Shown here piece after piece: positions 54,374 through 64,000 of a stretch of DNA of 64,000 bases (its first letter is position 1; each line of letters starts with the position of its first letter). This DNA is from Paramecium tetraurelia (Eukaryota): positions 558,001 through 622,000 of the forward strand of contig CT868540.1 in the NCBI GenBank assembly GCA_000165425.1, written 5' to 3'. Under the pieces are notes generated by a model. It saw only the letters and a list, made by a program, of their open reading frames with translations, did not search any database and was not told the DNA's origin. Made by a program: the position numbers and the translations under genes.

Positions 54374-56237
54374 TCATTTCTTTTTTTTGCTAACACTAAA
54401 TATTTAAATTAAGGTTACTTTTTAATTTAAGTGCTTATAATTGTTCATCTTCTTCTGAATCTTATTCATCTGGAGACTATTCTTCATTTTTTTCTAATTC
54501 TTTTTCTTTTTCCTTCTCCTTCTCCTTCTCCTTCTCTTTATCTTAATCTTTACTATTCTCCTTCTATAATTATTAAGTTTTTAGAATTGCTTTTATTGAA
54601 GCAATCAAATCCTATTTACTCTATAATGGCAATTACACTTTCAATTATTCTTTTTCATCATGCAATTATTGTGGCTGCTAAACGTCATTAATAACATGTT
54701 ATGCTGAAGGATATGGATCTTTATTTGTCTAATCAGTAATAGGTATTTGGCACAATTAGTCATCCTTTTTTAATTCGTTACCTGTGCTTGATTATGAGAT
54801 ATTGTTGTTGTTGCTTTTGTTATTGTTATTGCAATCATTTGGCGTCTCAATGTCCATTTTGGTTTCAATTTAATTGACATCCTATTAGATAACTAGCTCA
54901 GACTCTTTGTTTTTACTTTTCTCTTATCCTTCCTGATCTTTTTTATTTTTATTCTTCTTTTTATCTTTTTTTGATTATTTTTTTTCATTTGACTTGCTTC
55001 TAGATCTACTTCTAATAATATAGTAAATATATAGTTACTTCTTTTTTTTGTCTTTTTTTTCTTTCTTTTTATCCTTATCTTTCTTCTTCTTTTTCTCAGA
55101 TTTATTCTTTTTATCTTTACTTTTTTTTTCATTAGACCTACTTCTTTTTTTCATGCTTTTCTTATCGACTGGTGATTTTTATTGTTCTACTTTAGTATTT
55201 TATTATTATTCTTATTATTATTATTAGGGTGTTGATTTAATAGCTTCTAATGGTTTTTCAATTTTCTCTGGAATACCATAAATTTCACTATGTTAAATTA
55301 CATAAGCTACTCTATTGGCTTTGGCTAGAATTCTTCTGGCTTATCGAAAATCAATCTTTTCGAATTCATATATATTATATATAGTTGCAGCCACTTACTC
55401 AATTTAATCCAAAGTAGCTTCTAATAGAATCCACCATGGTTAAGAAGGCATTGGATGATTACAGATCCTCAATGCTAAATAGAGAGCTCCTGCTGCAATA
55501 ACTTAGGGTGGAAAATGTACACATAAATCAGTCATGTATGAGTCGTTCAAGTAACACCATGCCTTTTGAGCTACCTGCTTGTCGACCTTAATAAAATGAT
55601 AAAATGATTCTATGAACTTGTGCGGATGATCTGAAACTCTAAATAATTCAAACCCAAGTTCCTTAAGTATCAATTTCTCCTATTTTATTATTATGTCCCT
55701 ATTTAATATCTCTATAATTCTTACAACGGAGTTTATTTTTATTTTTAAAACACGGAGCTGAAAGTACTAGCAATGTACCAGGTTTTCAGCACTGTTTCTT
55801 CTACTTTGCCTGCCAAATATATGGAAGCCATTGAAATTTCACGATAATCGTAATCAACAAAAGAATTCCTAAGACTCAAACATCATAATTTACTTTGCAA
55901 AGAATCTGTGATAAATCACCAAGCTTGTAATGGCAGTAGTTAAAGGCAATTTTAAGTGACTGCATGCTTGAAAACATATTTGAGCTCCATGCATTCTTAG
56001 GGCTTATTCATCCTCATAACTCAGACCATCTGCCTAAGTTGGAGTTTGAATATCCATGGGAATATAAATATTTTCATGTCCTTCTGGAGTGATTGTCTCT
56101 AATGATAAATCAGAGCTATGTAAAAATCTCTCCTTTAATCGATGAAATAAATATTTTTTTTCATACTACTCTTTTGTCAGACCAAAACTTGCTTCGACCT
56201 TCAATATTTTTTATCGATCATAACTTTTGGATGACAT
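54374..56237 (-). CDS. CCNL: Cyclin L-like transcriptional cyclin with K/R/S-rich tail
   Basis: TPTQADGLSYEDEQALRMHG..LKLPLTTAITSLVIYHRFF..ASIYLAGKVEE..ILKELGF..HPHKF..AWCYLNDS. Confidence 0.88.
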
Positions 56238-56448
56238 TAATTTTCTTTATTTAATAATTATATTGATAAGCAATATATTTTAATAAATAATTTACTAGAT
56301 TTTTTATAACTAATCAAGAAAAAACTTAAAATCACAACAAATTTAAAATGCAATTATTATATAATATTGCAGTCTTTGCAATGTGTACAAAATGATATTA
56401 TTTAATATTATTATGATGCTTACAAAAAGTGATGCATTATTTTATTGG

Positions 56449-57679
<1,231 letters not shown>

Positions 57680-58050
57680 AATCAAATTATTAACGGTATT
57701 ATAAATAATTAAATAATGCAAATATAATCAATGACATCCATTAAATTATTTATAAAATTGAAGAATAGAAGTAACCTGAAAATTAGGACAATTGAATATT
57801 ATCTAAAAAGAATTCATCAAAATTAAAGGTGATAGAATAACTATTTATTATAAATGCATATATTAATGAAGGATAACCTTTACAATTAAAAAAACTTTAA
57901 TAAAAAACTGGTTAATGACAAAGAGCAATATTTGGCAGCTATGGAAATTTGAATATCTAATTATTTACATTAATTAATTAATTGATATATATTACCTTAT
58001 TGAAAAACTAAGTTTAATTTTTATTTAAGTTTAATAAAATTTATTTGATC

Positions 58051-59841
58051 ATGTACCTCTCTTAAAAAACATAATTGAGATTAGCAAATTTAATTACGAT
58101 TATTGCTGAAGGGGAGAAGAAAACAGAAATATTCAGATAAGTGCTGGCTGAACAAAAAATGTTTGAACCTTACACAACTTTCAAAAGATTAGATTAATTG
58201 AGAACTGGTGAATTAACTGTCTCAGATTTGGTTGATTTCTTAATGGACAATAAAATAACTGTGTCAAAAGCTTAAGCAGATTATTTATTTTAGAAATTAG
58301 ATTAAAATCGAGATGGTAAAATCACATATCCAGAGTAAACCAATATTTCTATGAGTCTAGTTTTGTTAAGGCTATTCTACCAAAAGAAGACTCAAGACTG
58401 AGGTAAATTGCAACACTAAGGGATTCCTACGCGTTGGAAATTAACATGTTATTACCTACTGAAGTCGAATGGGGACTTTCTAAAGTCTTCTACTAAGAAG
58501 TTTAAAATTATAAGTACTTTCATTCTTTTGAGATTAGTTCTATAGCAACGGCGCAAGAAATTTTGACTGGAAGTGCAGATTTTACATCTCTCGATGCTTT
58601 TAGATGCATTGATTAAACCCTCTTAGGATACATTACAATTGAGACGTGAGATAATTTTATATTTTCTTAGGCTTTCAGAATTCTTGAAATAAAATGGAGT
58701 CAGATTGTCCTTTGATGATCTACTTGCTTTTTTTAGAGTTGTAGATAAGGATTCAGATGGAAAGATCAATTATTCTGAATTATTAGAGGCAATTATTTTT
58801 ACATCAGATTATTTTTAGCAGGAGAGATAAATTGTGTCTGAATTAAGGAAGAGTAGAGAACGTATAATTCAATTAGAAAAAGAGAAAGAAGAAAACGATG
58901 TACTTAAAAGAAGTAGAGAAAGAATTGAAGAACTCAAAAAAAGCAGAGAATATTTAGAGTAATTAGAAGAACTTAAAAGAAGCAGAGAAAAAATAGAATA
59001 ATTAGAGGAATTAAGGTAGAGTCGTGAAAGATTGCAGGATCTCAAGAAAAGTAGAGAGGTACAAGAAGCCCTGAAAAATAGTGGAGAAAAAATATAAGAT
59101 CTATAGAAAAGTAGAGAAAGATTAGAAGAATTAAAAAAAAGTAGAGAAAGATTAAATTAATTGGAGGAGTTAAGGAAAAGTAGATAGTAAATGGAAGAAT
59201 TAGAAGAACTAAAAAAAAGCAGAGAGAGACAAGCTTAAATTGATGAATTGAAGAAAAGCAGAGAACGCCTAGAAGACTTAAGAAAGAGTAGAGAAACGCT
59301 ATAGTAACTTGAATAGGAGAGGAAAAATCATGAAAAAATAGACGAGCAAAAAAAGTCTAGGGAAAGGATTGAAGAACTTCAAAAGTAAAGAAAAAGAATA
59401 GAGGAGTTAAGAACTTATTAAGAAGCGCTAGAATTTTAAAAGAAAGAAAGAGAAGAGTTGGATTTGAAGAGAAGTTAAGAAAGATTGTCAGAATTGAAAA
59501 AAAGCAGAGAGAGATTAGACTAGATAGAAGCATTAAGAAAGAGCAGAGAATAGGAAAAAACACTATCAGATATGAAATAAAGTAGAGAGAAAATTGAATA
59601 GCTTAGAGAATCCGAGTTGAGGATTTAGCAATTAGAAAATTAGCGTCGGAGCATAGAAAGAAGCAGAGAATTAGAGAAAATAGAAAGAGATTTAGAATAT
59701 GAAAGATAAAGGAGTTAAGAGAGAATATAAAGATTAGAATTAGAGGCTGAAATTGAACGAAAGTAAAGAGAAAGAGTCTTAGATGATGAAATCAATTTTG
59801 TTTAAAGTAGAATTTATGATACACCAAAGAGAAGATATTGA
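58051..59841 (+). CDS. EF-hand protein with C-terminal tandem ELKKSRER repeats
   Basis: EF loops DQNRDGKITYPE and DKDSDGKINYSE; repeated (L/I)EELKKSRER. Confidence 0.88.
58840..59600 (+). repeat. Coding minisatellite, 10- and 13-residue units
   Basis: Recurrent aaaagtagaga/aaaagcagaga at 30- or 39-nt spacing. Confidence 0.85.
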
Positions 59842-59968
59842 GTTTACATTGAAAAAATAAAGACTAAGCTTATTATATAATTATTCTGTGTTTGGGTTTA
59901 GAAATTAAATATAATGTTCAACTTATATCTATAACAATTAAGTTAATATAAATATACATTTTATTGAT

Positions 59969-61012
59969 TCACTTAGCGATAGTGCCATCAACCCAAATTC
60001 CGTTTATGACGTCTCCATTTTTATTAGTGAATTTCCCATATCCATTTTGTTTATTTTCCTTCCATGTTCCAACATAAATAGAACCATCAGAATAATGAAA
60101 TTCTCCTTATCCTTCCTTTTAATCTTCAACCCAATTTCCTAGAATGAATTGAAACAATTTACCTATGTAGTATCTTCCATCTGGAAACCAAAATTCTCCA
60201 TGGCCATGTATTTTAGTGCCTTTGATCTAACCCTTATATCTTCTTCCATCATTCCATCTATATTCTCCATCAACCATTAATCCATTTTCAAATTACCCCT
60301 CAAAGACAACATCAGCCATAATCAATTTTCCTTTTCCATGTCTTGTTCCATTGTAGAAATCTCCTTCGTATGTTTCTCCATTAGCCAAAATTTCTTTGCC
60401 AAAACCATGCTAAAAAGAATAAGCGTAAGCCAATTTACTTTTAAATCATTAAGGAACCTTCCATCATAGATGCCTCCATCTGAGTACCAATACTTTCCTC
60501 TTCCGTGTTGTCTGTCATCCAACCACTCACCTTCCTTATTAAGTTTAGTTTTATACATATGCATCTCCATCTGTATATATCAATCTACCATGTCCGGATT
60601 TGGATCCTTTATTAAATAGGCCACAGTAATGAGTTCCATCGTCCCAATAGATTTCTCCATATCCTTGAAAGAAGTCATTTTTTAAGCCTCCAACATAGAC
60701 AGATCCATCATCAAATTAAATGGGAGGTGTAACCTCTAAACCTTCATTTGTAATGGATTAAGGAATTTGGTATTCTCCTAATTTACCAAGCATCTCTTTG
60801 ACTAATCCATTGTGAATAACAGGAATCTGAACTTATTGATTTTGAATTGACATTGTTGGTTGCAAAAGGTGGGTTCTGATTTCTTGATTAGATTTAGTTT
60901 ATGGGCTTCTTGGCGGCATGTTTTCAGCATGTGAGTATATTGGTTTATAGGGGGCATTTCTAATTTCTTTATTAGTTTCCTAATTTTCATCTTTACAGCA
61001 AGATCCTCCCAT
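59969..61012 (-). CDS. MORN-repeat protein
   Basis: YEGEWLDDRQHGRG and similar MORN units; N-terminus MGGSCC. Confidence 0.9.
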
Positions 61013-61041
61013 ATGAATTCGTTAATAAATTTATTATATTA

Positions 61042-61816
61042 ATGATTAACATATAACCAAGGACAAGACAAGAAAGAGTACTTAAATTTAATTGATAATT
61101 AGGAAGCGTTGCGAGATAAGGATAGAATAGAGAAGAGCAGGATCGATTTGAGAGGTAATTTAAATAATTAAAAGTCAAACAGTTGGATTCGAGGCTAGAG
61201 GATTGGGAGTTGGAACATTGATTCATCAGGCACCTCCCTAGTCTACCTTATATGTTCCAGGTATGAATAGACTAATTCTAGAAAATGAGAGATTTGATAA
61301 AGATTTTGCAGTAGCAGACAAAAAACAAAGGGAACACGAAGTTTGGTAAAGAGAAAAGATCATTGAAAGAAAGAGATGGGAGGGATTGGATAGAGAAACT
61401 AAAAAATGGGATTATTAAGAAAAAGTGGAAACCAAAGATTAAGTGAAACTCATGAGCCACACTCAATAATTAACTCAAGGAAAAAGGAATTCAAATGGGT
61501 ATATCAGGAATTTATTGTTTTGATTAGACTCGCTTATAATCCAATTACTTTAAAATATGATAACAGTGAATAAGGCAATATCTTGAGACAATTTGACGAG
61601 AAAGCAAAAGTGAGATAATTTGTAAGAGCCCATAATTTAGATACAAGAGGGAATACTGGTTTTAATATATTAACAGGAGAATAAAGGGGAGGAGTAGATC
61701 AAATTGTACCTAATCATCTGCGAACTAATTATTAATAGAGACTTAGAGAGGCAGATGACTAACAAAACATAAAACACTATGCTATTTAATAATAGTTATT
61801 GAATTAATATGAATGA
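61042..61816 (+). CDS. Hypothetical protein with AYNPITLKY and GFNILTGE motifs
   Basis: Clean code-6 frame after four small introns; charged helical middle. Confidence 0.75.
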
Positions 61817-61903
61817 TTATTAACAACAAATATTAACAAAGTCTATTATTAAAGTCAAAATGTTCAATAATAATATGCAGAAATAAACAAACTTTATGTA
61901 ACA

Positions 61904-62434
61904 TCATCTTTATTTTTTTGGTTATTATTATTATTGTTAAACTTTAAATTTCTTTTAAGGTTGCTTATCATCTTCATCCTCATCATCCTCATCATCATTT
62001 TCATCATCTTCATCATCTTCATCTTCTTCATCCTCATCTTCAATTTCGTCCTCATCCTCATCATCATCATCACTACCATCCTCCTCTTATTATTTAGGCA
62101 CTTTTTATTGTTATTATTTTTGTTGAGTTAACTTTTTCATTTTTTATTAATTATCATCACCATCATCATCGTTATCTGGAATTTAGTCTCTTTGTTATAA
62201 ATAAGCCTATATATCTATACTGGAATGAGAAGAAGTTTAGATACCTAAATACTTATGGAATAAATTACCATCATCTTCAATTTCTTCATCTCCCTCTTAT
62301 TCTGAGTCAATTTGAAATTCATCATCATTCTAATCATTACTTTTCTTTTGCTCTTCATTTTTCTTAACCTTTTTCACTATTTATTCCTCTTCTGAATCTT
62401 GCTCAAATTGATTTTTATCTTTTTTAGCGCTCAT
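61904..62434 (-). CDS. Small highly acidic D/E-rich protein with basic NLS-like ends
   Basis: MSAKKDKNQFEQDSEEE..., poly-D/E tract, QPQKKFKV..KKQR*; one intron. Confidence 0.75.
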
Positions 62435-62503
62435 ATTAATTTTAATAATTTTTTATAATTTGATTGGTTATATTTTATTATTCATGCGTGATTCATTGAA
62501 TTC

Positions 62504-62884
62504 TCATTTGCTTTCCAGCATTAATTTTATTTCTTGATCATCTGTAACATCCCCAGGAGTAAGATTCCTCTAATAAATCAAACAAATTTACATACCGAAT
62601 TTTTGCAATGAATTGAAGCTCCTTTTGATAGTAAAAATTATACTAATTTTTTGTCTCTTTTAAAAGCTGCATAGTGGAGAAGTGTATCATCCATCTAATT
62701 AAAAGATCCAATATTTCATACTTGATTTATTCTTTTATCAATTGTGAATGTTTAATCAGATAATTTCTATTCTATTAATTTAGTCAATTTTTCATAATTC
62801 TGCATGTGTAATTAAACAACCAAATTATTTGAAGGCAGATTCTAATATTATAACCCATTATTTTACAGATTATTCTTATCCCAT
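62504..62884 (-). CDS. Small ankyrin-repeat protein
   Basis: MGQEQS..., DTLLHYAAFKRDKKLVQFLLSKGASIHCKN..NLTPGD; small introns. Confidence 0.8.
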
Positions 62885-63019
62885 TTTGGTATATTAAATT
62901 ATTTAATTCCAAAAACACAATATTAAAGATAGAAAAAACATTCCTCCTGCACACTATTCTCAATTTTATTTAGTTGATTTGATTATCGCTTAATTCCTCT
63001 ATCTAATGATGATGTTAAT

Positions 63020-63500
63020 TGAAATATAATGTGGTTTCTAAATTTTAGGTTACAAGAATTAATTCTTAACAAATTGCAATAAAAAGAATATCATTAGGAC
63101 ATATAGGAGACTATCAAAATTGTATGAATGAGGAAAAGATATTAAAAGTTATGGATGTTTGATATTTATTACTGGAAGGCACATACCAACTTCATACTAA
63201 TAGTATTTCGATGATAAAAGGTGCAATTTGTTGAATATATTATATGAGGTTTATTGCTTTTCAACAGAAACTCCATTATTAAGCTGCATAAAATGCGAAA
63301 TCACAACTCTAAAAACTTAATATATTTATTAAACTACCTAACTAGTAAATGAATAATGACTAATTTGTAATAAATAAATGAAAGAACTATCGAAAGATTT
63401 GTAGATTACATAAAAGTTAGGATCAGAAGAAATAATGAATGAAAATAGTCCACTTATGAGATTACTTAAATATTAGATTTATAGTTAGCCATCATAATTG
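63020..63500 (+). pseudogene. Degenerate protein-kinase remnant
   Basis: KYNVVSKFQVTRINSQQIAIKRISLGHIGDYQNCMNEEKILKVMDV*YLLLEG...* resembles kinase subdomains II-V, with no Gly loop and in-frame TGAs. Confidence 0.4.
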
Positions 63501-63569
63501 TAAATGATTGAATAATAGACTTGATAATATATTAATACAATAAATAACAAAATGAATTTCATATTATAA

Positions 63570-64000
63570 TCAATTATATCTAGACAACCAATTACATCTG
63601 TCTTAATAAAAGCGCTCAATTAGTTTATTATTATATCTAGGAAATTCAAATAGATCCATATATTAATGAATAGTTTTAGGATTTGGAAATATACATGAAA
63701 AGTTTTTTCCTCTTCTTTTGACTTCCTCTACGGTGTGAATGAGCATATTAAAATCATTTTACGATAACTTGCTTAAGCAATTAGATGTATTGATATTTGG
63801 GATTTCCTTGATGTTCCTTTGATTGTATTTAGGAGGAGATGCAACTTTCTAGTTACTCTTATCCCAAAGAGGCACTCCAACTAGATGCAAGACATCCGAA
63901 ATTAAAAAAGTCTTAATCTTTTTATCTAGTGGTGAACTGGAATTAAGAGATGGTGAGACATTAACTTCTAATACCCATGGTTTGAGATTTTCATCAATGA
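63570..64000 (-). CDS. Tubulin-tyrosine-ligase-like (TTLL4/5-type glutamylase), 3' part
   Basis: IDENLKPWVLEVNVSPSLNSSSPLDKKIKTFLISDVLHLVG...EEVKRGKNFSCIFP. Confidence 0.9.

Noticed and set aside
63120..63240. In-frame TGAs as selenocysteine or read-through
   Set aside because: Several stops plus apparent deletions and no redox motif; pseudogene decay is simpler

Overview
AT-rich, gene-dense eukaryotic DNA with the hallmarks of a Paramecium macronuclear chromosome. TAA/TAG read as Gln (translation table 6), TGA is the only stop, and introns are tiny GT..AG introns of about 20-31 nt. The supplied ORF track uses the wrong code, so most of its ORFs are fragments or antisense artefacts. Re-translating by hand gives about 41 protein genes. 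Recognisable ones include an atypical two-domain E2F, a guanylate-binding protein, YIPF6, an FHA/RING-CH E3, calcineurin A, an Aurora-like kinase, TMEM33, a pectin acetylesterase, an RBR E3, a 3-repeat Myb, an aspartic protease, GDP-mannose pyrophosphorylase, N-myristoyltransferase, PP2C, DUF4505, a CobB-like sirtuin, a two-zinc-knuckle SR protein, ABHD17, MORN proteins, a CAMK-group kinase, cyclin L, a TEY MAPK, an EF-hand repeat protein and a partial TTLL. A few decayed gene remnants are also present. I found no rRNA, tRNA, transposon, CRISPR or telomeric repeat, and no convincing new multi-gene system. The best leads are local: a candidate poison intron in the SR gene, an E2F-like site upstream of the E2F gene, 16-48 bp divergent gene pairs, an intronless bacterial-type sirtuin, and a KKSRER-repeat EF-hand protein. 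All coordinates were derived manually and no searches were run.
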